DNA of 64,000 bases from an uncultured Gammaproteobacteria bacterium (GTDB lineage Bacteria > Pseudomonadota > Gammaproteobacteria > Steroidobacterales > Steroidobacteraceae). The stretch lies in NCBI GenBank assembly GCA_963713175.1, contig CAVQKW010000008.1, forward strand, positions 60,281 through 124,280, in the 5' to 3' direction. The number at the start of each line of letters is the position of its first letter. Within the stretch, counting starts at the first letter, position 1. Positions 1 to 9,363 of the stretch are shown here, piece after piece. A model generated the notes under the pieces. It did not search any database. It was not told where the DNA came from and saw nothing but the letters and a program-made list of their open reading frames with translations. Both the position numbers and the translations under genes were made by a program.

Positions 1-40
1 ACGGCCATGACCCACTTGATGCTCGTGCGCCGGTCCATCT

Positions 41-1856
41 TCACAGCTCCTTGCGCCGCATGCGCTCGAGAATGTGGTCGGCGGCGCGCCAGGCCAGCGC
101 CATGATCGTGAGCGTCGGGTTCTTGTCCGCGTTCGACGCGAACACCGCGCCGTCGGTGAGGAAGAGGTTGGTCACGTCCCAGGTCTGGCGCCAGTGGTTG
201 GTGACCGAGGATTTCGGCGTCGGCGCCCATGATGGCACCGCCCACCTCGTGGATGATGAAGCCGCCGGGCGCGATCGCCTTGGCCCCGTCGCTCTCAACG
301 GCCGGGTGCACGCGGCCGCCCATGGCCTCGATGATGTCGCGCGAAGGTCTGCTGCATGTGCGCCGCCTGGCGCGTCTCGTGCTCGGACCAATTCCAGTGG
401 AAGCGCAGCACCGGAATTCCCCATTTGTCCTTGACCACGGGATCGATCTCGCAGTAGGAGTTCTCGTTCGGGATCATCTCGCCGCGGCCGTCGAAGCCGA
501 CGAACGAGCCGTAGTACCGCCGCGCGTCCTGCTTGAACTTCTTGCCATAGCTGCCGCCGGTCAGCCATTCGAGTGCCGGCGGCGGTGCCAATGCCCGGGC
601 ATGCGCCTGCCGCCGCCGAACTCGATGTGATAGCCGCGCGCGAAGCCGAGCTTGCCCGGCGTGCTGCTCGCGGTAGAGCCACCAGGGCACGTAGAGCTGG
701 TGGCCGTCGGCGCCGTCCTCGTTGTGCGGCGGCAGGCTCTCGAGCAGCGGCACCTGGCCGCTGACGGTGCTGCCCACGGTATCCATGAGATAGTGCCCGA
801 CCATGCCGCTGGAGTTCGCGAGCCCGTTCGGGAAACTGCGCGCTCTTGGAGTTGAGCAGGATGCGCGCCGATTCGCAGGCGCTCGCGCGCGAGCACGACC
901 ACGCGCGCCGTGACGTGCTGCTGCGCACCGGTCGTCTTGTCGACGAAGCTCACGCCGTTGGCGCGGCCGTCGCGCCCGAGCGTCACCTCGTACACCATCG
1001 CGTCCGTCATGATGTCGAGGTTGCCGGTGGCGAGCGCCGGCGGCAGGTGCACGGTGGTCGACTGGTAGTTGGCGCGGATCGAGCAGCCGCGGCCGCAGGG
1101 CGTCGCCCAGAGGCACGGCGCGCGCTCGCGCATCGCCTCGGCCAGGATCTGCTGCGCCTGCGGGTTGCCCGGGATGCAGACGCGCCGGCACGAGCTTCGT
1201 GATCCTGCGCGCGGGTGAGCACCGCGCGGTGACCCGGGATCACCGGAATGCCCAAGCCGCCCGGCGCGCTGCTTCACCAGGTAATCGCTCACCAGCGGCG
1301 CCGGCGGCGGCAGCAGGCACCCGGGCGAGGAGTTCGGCGTGTTCTCCAGTCCCTCGTTGCTGCCGTAGACGCCGACCAGCAGCTCCACCTTGTCGTAGTA
1401 CGGGGCGAGGTCCTCGTAGCTGATCGGCCAGTCGAAGCCCAGTCCGTCGCGGGTGTGGGGCTTGAAGTCGTAGGGTCCGTTGCGCAGCGAGATCCGGCCC
1501 CAGTGATTGGTGCGGCCGCCGAGCATGCGCGCCCGCCACCAGACGAATCGCCCGCCATACGTCCTCGGTGGCGCGCACATAGGGCTCGCCGGGCACCTGC
1601 CAGCCGCCGTCGACCGTGGCGTCGTAGAAGCCGAAGGGCTTGTCCGGCGTGCCGACGCCGCGCGAGCGGCGCCATGTCCGGCGTCTGGAACATCGGGCGT
1701 CTCGGTCTCGGGCGTGTAGTGGCGCCCGGCCTCGAGCATCAGCACCTTGGCCCCGTCCATGCACAGCGTGTAGGCCGTCTGTCCGCCGCCGGCGCCGGAG
1801 CCGACGACGATGACATCGTACGAGCTCTGCTGCGTCTTGCGGGTCACGAAGGGCAT
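41..1856 (-). pseudogene. GMC-family FAD oxidoreductase (glucoside 3-dehydrogenase / gluconate 2-dehydrogenase flavoprotein-like), frame broken several times
   Basis: N-terminus MPFVTRKTQQSSYDVIVVGSGAGGG (GxGxxG) follows a GAGAGG RBS. Homologous pieces continue in ORFs 561-1871, 295-1191 and 41-928. The C-terminus NPTLTIMALAWRAADHILE is typical of GMC enzymes. Confidence 0.8.
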
Positions 1857-1875
1857 GGGACCTCTCGTCACTGCA

Positions 1876-3098
1876 TCAGCTCAGGATCGATAGGCCTCGC
1901 GCCCGAAGCCCTGCGCCGGGATTCCCTGGGCGGCGAGCACCTCGTGCTGCAGCGCGTACATCGCCGCGGCCGCCTCGTCGATCGCGCGCGTGAAGGCGAG
2001 CGAGCCGGCGAGGATGGGCGCGAGCCGCGCCTTGTCCTGGATGCGAGCCTTGCGGGTATTCGTGCTCCACCACGAGGTAGGTCTTCTCCGGATCGATCGT
2101 CAGCAGCTCACGCGCGGCGAGCTGATGGTCGAGCCAGTCCACCGAGCGATTCTGCAGGTAGGCGAGCGGATCATGGCGCGCGGTGCCGGGCAGCTCGTGC
2201 TCGGCGAACACGGTCTGCTTCTTCCAGGCGTTGCGCTGCTCGGCGGGATCCGTGCTCGGCGCGATCCCCGTGCCAGTCGCCGCGCTGCAGGGTCTGGCCC
2301 GCCGTAGCCCCACGCCGCGATGCCGCGCGAATCGATGACCTGGCCTTTGACGTGAAAGCCACTGATCAGGAAATTGTACCCCGTGTCCTTCAGGTACTGG
2401 AACACGCGAGCGCGAGTCCTGCCCCATGAGGATCGCGTGCGAGGGGTCGTAGTGGATGCGGAACTGCTCGCCGACGCCGTGGCGCTCGCAGATGCGGTGC
2501 AGCGCGATCCACGGGCCCGGCGCGTAAGCGATATTGTTGTGCCAGGAGTCGGAGCTGTTCCAGCCCGGCATCGGGCACTGCTCGACGCGGAAGGTGAGCC
2601 CGCGCGCCTTGGCCTCCCCGAGCAGCGGTACGAACACCTCCTCGAACATCACAAGGTTGGCATCCATGCGCGAGGCGGGGATTGCGGCCGACGAAACCGG
2701 TCACCGCATCGGTGCCGAGCAGCACCGCGGCATCGAACACGCGCAGCATCAGCTCGTGTTTCCTGCGGCGCGCGGCCTCATCGGCGCCGAGCATATTGTC
2801 GAAGTAGCGCGAGGTCGGAAAGACCCACCCCGGTGGCCTGCATGGCGCGGCGCACGCGCGCCGCACGAGCGGCATCGAACGGGCGGCGCAGGTCGAGCGT
2901 GTTGGCCACCGGATCGAGCATCGCCGCCGCCGGCACGTCGCTCTCGCTCGGGTGCAGCGCCGCCGACAGCTCGATGTTGGGACTACCGATCTGGCGCGCG
3001 AAGTCGAGCCACTCCTCGATGGCGAGGTCCGCATCCGCGTCGCGGCGCGCACGCGGCGTCAGCTCCTGCAGCGCCGCCGTCAGGATGCTGAGCCGCAT
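1876..3098 (-). pseudogene. sugar phosphate isomerase/epimerase family protein (xylose-isomerase-like TIM barrel), frameshifted
   Basis: Pieces lie in ORFs 2778-3359 ([13 protein letters not shown]...), 2390-3052, 2100-2405 and 1876-2667 ([28 protein letters not shown]...IHYDPSH). All are on the same strand and collinear. Confidence 0.7.
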
Positions 3099-3129
3099 CG
3101 GCCGCAGCCGGAACTCGCGCGGGGGGGCT

Positions 3130-4364
3130 TCAGCCGGGGCGGGCATAGGCCACCTTCTCGTTGCGGAACGTCGCGGCGAACAGCACGAATACCGCGGCGG
3201 CGAACGCCGCCGGGTACAGCCAGATCGACCGCCAGTCGTGCACCCCGCCTGAGAAGTAGCGGTCGTCGATGAGGCCGGCAGCCCAGAAGCCGACCAGCAT
3301 GCCGACGCCATAGGTCGCGAGCGTGATGAGCCCTTGCGCCGCGGCTTTATGCAGCGCACCGGCCTTCGAGTCGGTGTAGATCTGCCCGGAGACGAAGAAG
3401 AAGTCGTAGCACGCGCCGTGCAGCGCGATGCCGATGATCAGCATGAAGGCACAGATCCTGCGCGTTGCCGAAGGCGAACAGCACGTAGCGGCAGGCCCAC
3501 GCCAGCATGCCGAGCAGGAGCGTGGTCTTCATGCCGAGCGTGCGCAGGAACAGCGGGATCAGCAGCATGAACAGCACTTCCGACATCTGGCCGAGGGTCT
3601 GCTTGCCGGTGGCGTTGGCGACGTGGATCTCGGTCAGGAACTGGTTGGCGTTCTGGTAGTAGAACGCCAGCGGTATGCAGATGAGGATGGAAGCGACGAA
3701 GAACACGGCGAAGTTTCTCTCGCGCAGCAGCACCAGGGCATCGAACCCCACGAGGCGCGCGAGACTCGGCCGCCCGGCGGACTCGCGGCGCGGCGGCGTC
3801 GGCGGCAGGGTGAAGCTGTACAGGCCGAGCGCGAAGGATGCGAGCGCGCACATGAGGAACGTATCGCGCAGCAGGCCCTGCGAGATGCCGCCGCTTCGAG
3901 TCCCAGGCGAACAGGTAACTGATGACCAGCCCCGCGACGATCCAGCCGATCGTGCCCCACACACGCACTGCCGAGAAATGCCGGGCGGGCTCGTCCATCT
4001 GCCGGAACGAGATGGCGTTCACCAGCGCCAGCGTCGGCATGTAGAGGATCATGTAGGCGAACAGAAAGGGGTAGAACGCGGCGAAGTCCCGCGTGCTGTA
4101 GAGCGCGTACATCAGCACGCCGCCCGCGAGGTGGAATATGCCGAGCAGCCGCTCGGCATTGAAGTAGCGGTCCGCGATCAGCCCAACGATGAAGGGCGCG
4201 ATGATCGCACCCCAGGACTGCGTGGAATAAGCGAGCCCGGTCTGCACGCCGCTCGCGTGCAGGTTCGCGGCCAGGTAGCTCCCCATCGTGACGAACCAGC
4301 CGCCCCAGATGAAGAACTCCAGGAACATCATCGTGCACAGGCGAATCTTGATCGTCGTCTTCAT
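3130..4364 (-). pseudogene. NupG/XapB-like nucleoside:H+ symporter-type MFS transporter, frameshifted
   Basis: N-terminus MKTTIKIRLCTMMFLEFFIWGGWFVTMGSYL. The hydrophobic C-terminal piece in ORF 3130-3444 and the middle piece in ORF 3347-3964 are in other frames. Confidence 0.7.
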
Positions 4365-4378
4365 GGTGCTCACGGCGA

Positions 4379-5527
4379 CTAGACGTTGACCCACACGGAG
4401 CCCGCCCGCGAGCTCGCCACCGCCTGGTGGACGAAACGCAGTCCGCGCAGTCCATCGCGTGCTCCGGGGTAATCGCGTATCAGGGGTTGCCCCGCTTCGG
4501 CCCGCCGTACGTCCTGCATGAAGGCGCGATAAATGTTGGCAAAGGCCTCGAGGTACCCTTCCGGATGGCCGGGTGGCAAGCGCGTCGCGGCGCGCGCCGG
4601 CTCACCGAGATAACCCTGCCCGGTGCGCAGGCGTTGCCAGGGAGCACCGGCGGGCTTGTGGATCAGGGTGTTCGGCTCCTGCTGATGCCACTCAAGTCCC
4701 GCCTGCGAGCCGTAGACGCGGATCGACAGCCGGTTCTCCTCACCGCATGCCACCTGCGAGCACACCAGCGTCCCCCGGGCCCCACCGCGCAGCCGCAGCA
4801 GGCAGTCCGCGTCGTCATCCAGCCGCCGGCCGGGAACGAAGGAGTGCAGGTGCGCGCACAGTGATTCGATCTGCCGGTCGGCCACGTACTCGAGCAGATT
4901 CACCGCGTGCGTACCGATATCGCCCACGCAGCCGCCGGGACCTGCCCGTTCCGGGTCCGTGCGCCAGGCGGCCTGCTTGTTGCCACGCGCTTCGAGCGGC
5001 TCCATCAGCCAGTCCTGGGTGTACTCCACCATGACCTTGCGCAGCTCGCCCAGTTGCCCGCCGCGCACCATCTCGCGCGCCTGGCGGACGGCGGGATACC
5101 CGGTGTAGTTGTGGGTGAGCGCGAACAGCGTGGTGCCCGCCTCGACGAGGTGCACCAGCTCTTCCCCCTCCGCGAGCGTAAGCGCCAGGGGCTTGTCGCA
5201 GATGACGTGGATGCCTTCGGCGAGGAAGGCCCGCGCCACGGGATAGTGCAGGTGATTCGGCGTGGCGATGATGACGAAGTCGATGCCACCCTGGTCGCCC
5301 CCCTCGGCCGCAGCCATCTCCTCGTAGGAGGCATAGGAGCGGTCCAGGAACCAGGCAGCGGCGCTCTCGCGGGCGATCTCGGTGCGCGAGGACATGGCGC
5401 CCGCGACCACCTGCGCCTGGCCGTCGAGCTCGGCCGCGATGCGGTGGACCGAGCCGATGAAAGCGCCCCGGCCGCCGCCGACGATACCGGCACGCAGGCG
5501 CCGCTGACCCGGGCCAGGCTGGCTCAT
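4379..5527 (-). CDS. Gfo/Idh/MocA family NAD(P)-dependent oxidoreductase
   Basis: Intact 382-aa ORF. N-terminal Rossmann motif LRAGIVGGGRGAFIGSVHR, then FVIIATPNHLHYP and VICDKPLA, which are typical of the family. Confidence 0.9.
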   Translation of the reverse strand: MSQPGPGQRRLRAGIVGGGRGAFIGSVHRIAAELDGQAQVVAGAMSSRTEIARESAAAWFLDRSYASYEEMAAAEGGDQGGIDFVIIATPNHLHYPVARAFLAEGIHVICDKPLALTLAEGEELVHLVEAGTTLFALTHNYTGYPAVRQAREMVRGGQLGELRKVMVEYTQDWLMEPLEARGNKQAAWRTDPERAGPGGCVGDIGTHAVNLLEYVADRQIESLCAHLHSFVPGRRLDDDADCLLRLRGGARGTLVCSQVACGEENRLSIRVYGSQAGLEWHQQEPNTLIHKPAGAPWQRLRTGQGYLGEPARAATRLPPGHPEGYLEAFANIYRAFMQDVRRAEAGQPLIRDYPGARDGLRGLRFVHQAVASSRAGSVWVNV

Positions 5528-5602
5528 ACCGGACGTACGCTCCCGTTCGTCACGTGCGCATGCTAGCGCATTCGACTGAGAGTGGGCCGGCCCGGAATCG
5601 CT

Positions 5603-7177
5603 TCAGACGTTCGAGTCGGGGAAGGACGCCTTGCGCTTACGGATGTACTCGATGAGTGCCTCGTCCACCGCCGGGTCGAGCGGCGGTGCTTCGTACTCTG
5701 CGAGCTGCTTCTTCCACAGCGCGTTGGCACGCTGGATCGTGTCCTTGGAGCCCTCCGCCGCCCACTGCTCGACGCTGTTGTTGTCGGCAAGCGGGGAGCG
5801 ATAGAACGCGGTCTGGAAGTTGGCCTGGGTATGCGCGCAGCCCAGGAAGTGCTTGCCGGGACCCACCTCGCGGATGGCATCGAGCGCCTGTCCGTTCTCG
5901 GACAGGTCCACCCCGGCGAGCAGCGTGTGCATCATGCCGGCCTGGTCGGCATCCATGACGAACTTCTCGTAGCCCATCGCCAGTCCCCCCTCGAGCCAGC
6001 CGGCGGTGTGCAGCACGAAGTTGACGCCGGCGAGACAGGTCGGGATCAGGGTATTGGCCGACTCGAAGGCCGCCTGGGCGTCGGGGATCTTCGCGGCGCA
6101 CAGGCCGCCGCCGGAGCGGAACGGCACTTCGAGCCGCCGCGCGAGCGCTGCCATGACGTACAGCACGAGCGCCGGCTCGGGCGTACCGAAGGTAGGAGCA
6201 CCCGATTGCATCGAGAGCGAGGAAGCGAAGCTTCCAAGTATCACCGGCGCGCCGGGATTCACCAGCTGCGCGAGCGCCATGCCGGCGAGCGCCTCGGCGA
6301 GGGTCTGCGCCGCCGTGCCCGCCACGGTCACCGGTGACATGGCGCCGGCGAGAATGAACGGCGTGACGACGGTCGCCTGGTTGGCGCGCGCATAGGTCTT
6401 CAGCGCCCCGAGCATGGTCGCGTCCCAGGTGAGGGGCGAGTTGGCGTTGATGAGACTCGTGACGCAGGTGCGCGGTTTGCCGGTCGCGGAGTCGATGTAG
6501 TTGTCACCGAACAGGATGCGGGTCATCTCCACCGTATCCTGGGCGCGCTCCGGGTGGGTCACCGAGCCCATGTACGGCTTGTCGCTGTACTTGATGTGGC
6601 TGTAGACCATGTCGAAGTGCCGCTTGTTGACCGGCAGGTCGACCGGCTCGCAGATGGTGCCGCCGGAGTGATGCAGCGAAGTCGCCATGTAGGCGAGCTT
6701 CACGAAGTTGCGGAAGTCCTCGAGGCGGGCGTAGCGGCGGCCCTCGTCGAGGTTGCGCACGAAGGGTGATCCGTAGGCGGGCGCAAACACCGTGCGGTTA
6801 CCGCCGATCACCACCGTACGCTCGGGATTGCGCGCGTGCTGCGTGAACTCCTTCGGCGCCGAGCGGCGCACGATCGCGCGGCACATGCCGCGCGGGAAGC
6901 GCACCCGCTCTCCCTGCACGTCGGCGCCGGCGTCCTTCCACAACTTGAGCGACTCGGCATCGTCGCGGAAGTCGATACCGATCTCCTGCAGAATGGTATC
7001 GGCGTTCTGCTCGAGGAGCTCCAACCCTTCCGCGCTCAGCACCTCGTAGTAGGGGATCTTGCGCGTGATGTAGGGGACGAAGGCGTGGCTGCGGGCCGTG
7101 CGCGCTGCAATCTTGGCATCACGGCCGCTGGGGCGGCGTGCGCGCGCCGGCGGGGCGGTTTGGGGCTGCTGGTCCAT
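5603..7177 (-). CDS. trimethylamine methyltransferase (MttB) superfamily protein, non-pyrrolysine type
   Basis: Intact 524-aa ORF with no in-frame stop. The length and sequence pattern resemble MttB-family quaternary-amine methyltransferases. Confidence 0.8.
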   Translation of the reverse strand: MDQQPQTAPPARARRPSGRDAKIAARTARSHAFVPYITRKIPYYEVLSAEGLELLEQNADTILQEIGIDFRDDAESLKLWKDAGADVQGERVRFPRGMCRAIVRRSAPKEFTQHARNPERTVVIGGNRTVFAPAYGSPFVRNLDEGRRYARLEDFRNFVKLAYMATSLHHSGGTICEPVDLPVNKRHFDMVYSHIKYSDKPYMGSVTHPERAQDTVEMTRILFGDNYIDSATGKPRTCVTSLINANSPLTWDATMLGALKTYARANQATVVTPFILAGAMSPVTVAGTAAQTLAEALAGMALAQLVNPGAPVILGSFASSLSMQSGAPTFGTPEPALVLYVMAALARRLEVPFRSGGGLCAAKIPDAQAAFESANTLIPTCLAGVNFVLHTAGWLEGGLAMGYEKFVMDADQAGMMHTLLAGVDLSENGQALDAIREVGPGKHFLGCAHTQANFQTAFYRSPLADNNSVEQWAAEGSKDTIQRANALWKKQLAEYEAPPLDPAVDEALIEYIRKRKASFPDSNV

Positions 7178-7313
7178 ACGACTTCCTGGCGCGATTCGCG
7201 CACGGGCCTTGAGTCCCCATTATGGTCCGGTGCAGCCCGGGGACTGACCGATTTGCGGCATGCACTTCTCCGGCAGCGCCAGCCGTAGCCGTTGCGGGCC
7301 CCGCCCCCCCAAC

Positions 7314-9242
7314 TCAGCGGCCCTCGACCACCGGCAGGTCTATGAAGCTCGATGCCCCACCGCCGTGGTACACGCGCTGGGTCGCCTTGCGGTAGTCCTC
7401 AGGTCCAGCGAAGAAGATGTTCTCGACATAAGTCTGGGGATTGCGGTCATAGAGCGGGAACCAGCTCGACTGGACCTGCACCATGATGCGATGCCCGGGA
7501 AGGAATACGTGATCGGCGTTCGGCAGCTCGAAGCGATACTGCTCTACCTTGCCGGCGGGAATTGCGCTCGGATGCTCGAGACTCTCGCGGTAGCGGCCGC
7601 GGAAGATGTCCATGCCGACCGCGAGCTGGTAGCCGCCCATCGGTGGATCCGACGGCACCTCATCGGGATAGACGTCGATCAGCTTCACCACCCAGTCTGC
7701 GTCGGTGCCGCTCGTGGAAGCATAAAGATGCACCACCGGCGCTCCGGCGATGTGCACCGGCTGCGTGAGCACCTGCGAGGTGTAGCTGAGAACGTCGGGC
7801 CGATCCGCGACCGCGCGCTGATCGGTCACCAGCCAGGTCCGCCAGGCATCCCGGTCGGCGAAGCGCACCGGGCGCGGCTGGTAGGGCACGGGCTTTGCGG
7901 GATCGGACACGAACTCGTCGTAGGGCATGCCACTGTTCACCGGGGGCGCGGTGAAGCCCAAGCCAGAATGCGGCTCCAGGTACAGCGGCTGCGAGCGCGA
8001 CGGGCAGCCCGACTCGCACGACAGCGGCCAGCGTGGCAGGCGCCGCCAGAGGTTGGTCCCGGTCTCGAACACGTACACCGGCGGAGTGTCGGCTTTCGGC
8101 GCGCCGTCCTTCAGATGCTCATCGAGAAACGGCAGGATCACCGAGCGCCGTACCTCGAGCGCCGTATCGGTGCCGAATTTGAGTGGGCCCAGGGTCGAGC
8201 CGTCGCCGTTGATGCCGCTGTGCCGCCAGGGCCCGAGCACGAGGAAGTTGCTGTCGTGCCTCACGTCCTTCGGCTCGATCGCCAGGTAGGTGTGGGGTCC
8301 ACCGTACATGTCCTCCTGGTCCCACTCGCTGTCGATGAACAGCGTCGGGGTCTTGAGCGGCTGCGCGGCGAGAATCCGGTCGAGCGCCTGAGCGCTCCAG
8401 AACTCATCGTAGGCCGGATGCTCGGTGATCTTCTGGTAGAAGGGCAGCGCATCGATGCCGAACTGCCGCGCAAACGCGTCGGCGGAGCCCAGGCGCAGGA
8501 ACAGCTCATAGTCCTCGTACACGCCGCGGGCGATCGACTTGCCGGCACCGCGCGCGGTCGTCTGGCCGTAGAAGTAGTCGAAGTTCGCCTGGCGGAAGGC
8601 GCCGTTGTGGAACCAGTCGTCTCCCTTCCAGCCGTCGACCATGGGGCACTCGGGCACCGCCGCTCTCAGCGCCGGGTGCGGGTTGACGAGCGCCATGAGC
8701 ACGGTGAAGCCTTCGTAGGATGAGCCGATCATTCCCACCTTCCCGTTCGACTCCGGCACGTTCTTCGACAGCCAGTCGATCGTGTCGTAGGCGTCCGTGG
8801 AGGGATCGACCGGCGTCGCGTTGAGCGCACCGCGCAGCGCCCGGTTCATGACGTACTCGCCCTCCGAGCCGTACTTGCCGCGGATGTCCTGGAACACGCG
8901 GATGTAGCCCGCCGCGGCGTACACCTGGTCGGCTTCCGACAGAATCGCCAGCATGTGGGGGCTGGCCGAGTGGGAGGCGTGACCTGCGGCATCGTAGGGA
9001 GTGCGTGTCAGGAGCATCGGCGCCCCCTTCGCTCCTGCGGGGATCACGATCACCGTGTGCAGCTTCACCCCGTCGCGCATCGGGATCATCACCTCGCGTT
9101 TGGTGTAGTCCCAGGCGGCGGTGGGCGGCTCGAAGGCGCTCGGGATATCGGGCTTCATGGGCGGCGTCGGCGCGGCGACGGCCGCACCCGCTGCCCAGCA
9201 AATCACCACCGTGGCTGCGATCCGGGACCCACGCGCCTGCAT
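7314..9242 (-). CDS. CocE/NonD family hydrolase (S15 X-Pro dipeptidyl-peptidase-like), secreted
   Basis: Intact 642-aa ORF with a signal peptide. Nucleophile motif MIGSSYEGF (GxSYxG). Long C-terminal beta-sandwich region. Confidence 0.85.
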   Translation of the reverse strand: MQARGSRIAATVVICWAAGAAVAAPTPPMKPDIPSAFEPPTAAWDYTKREVMIPMRDGVKLHTVIVIPAGAKGAPMLLTRTPYDAAGHASHSASPHMLAILSEADQVYAAAGYIRVFQDIRGKYGSEGEYVMNRALRGALNATPVDPSTDAYDTIDWLSKNVPESNGKVGMIGSSYEGFTVLMALVNPHPALRAAVPECPMVDGWKGDDWFHNGAFRQANFDYFYGQTTARGAGKSIARGVYEDYELFLRLGSADAFARQFGIDALPFYQKITEHPAYDEFWSAQALDRILAAQPLKTPTLFIDSEWDQEDMYGGPHTYLAIEPKDVRHDSNFLVLGPWRHSGINGDGSTLGPLKFGTDTALEVRRSVILPFLDEHLKDGAPKADTPPVYVFETGTNLWRRLPRWPLSCESGCPSRSQPLYLEPHSGLGFTAPPVNSGMPYDEFVSDPAKPVPYQPRPVRFADRDAWRTWLVTDQRAVADRPDVLSYTSQVLTQPVHIAGAPVVHLYASTSGTDADWVVKLIDVYPDEVPSDPPMGGYQLAVGMDIFRGRYRESLEHPSAIPAGKVEQYRFELPNADHVFLPGHRIMVQVQSSWFPLYDRNPQTYVENIFFAGPEDYRKATQRVYHGGGASSFIDLPVVEGR

Positions 9243-9363
9243 TCGTTGCCCTCCCCTGTGCCCTGCGGGCGCACAAGCCTAACAGATGCGCGCGCCGCGC
9301 GGACCGCACGCCCCAAGGCACCGCGTCTGGCGCGGCAAGCCCGCCTTGGGTCAAGATGCGCAG

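Noticed and set aside
41-4364. Frameshifted genes as programmed ribosomal frameshifts or genuine pseudogene decay
   Set aside because: There are too many events per gene, up to six or more, with no slippery-site regularity. They are concentrated in particular regions and affect essential serS as well. Sequence error is the simpler explanation, although this cannot be proven without reads.
7260-8723. 487-aa plus-strand ORF
   Set aside because: It is antisense to the CocE/NonD hydrolase, with shadow-ORF composition.
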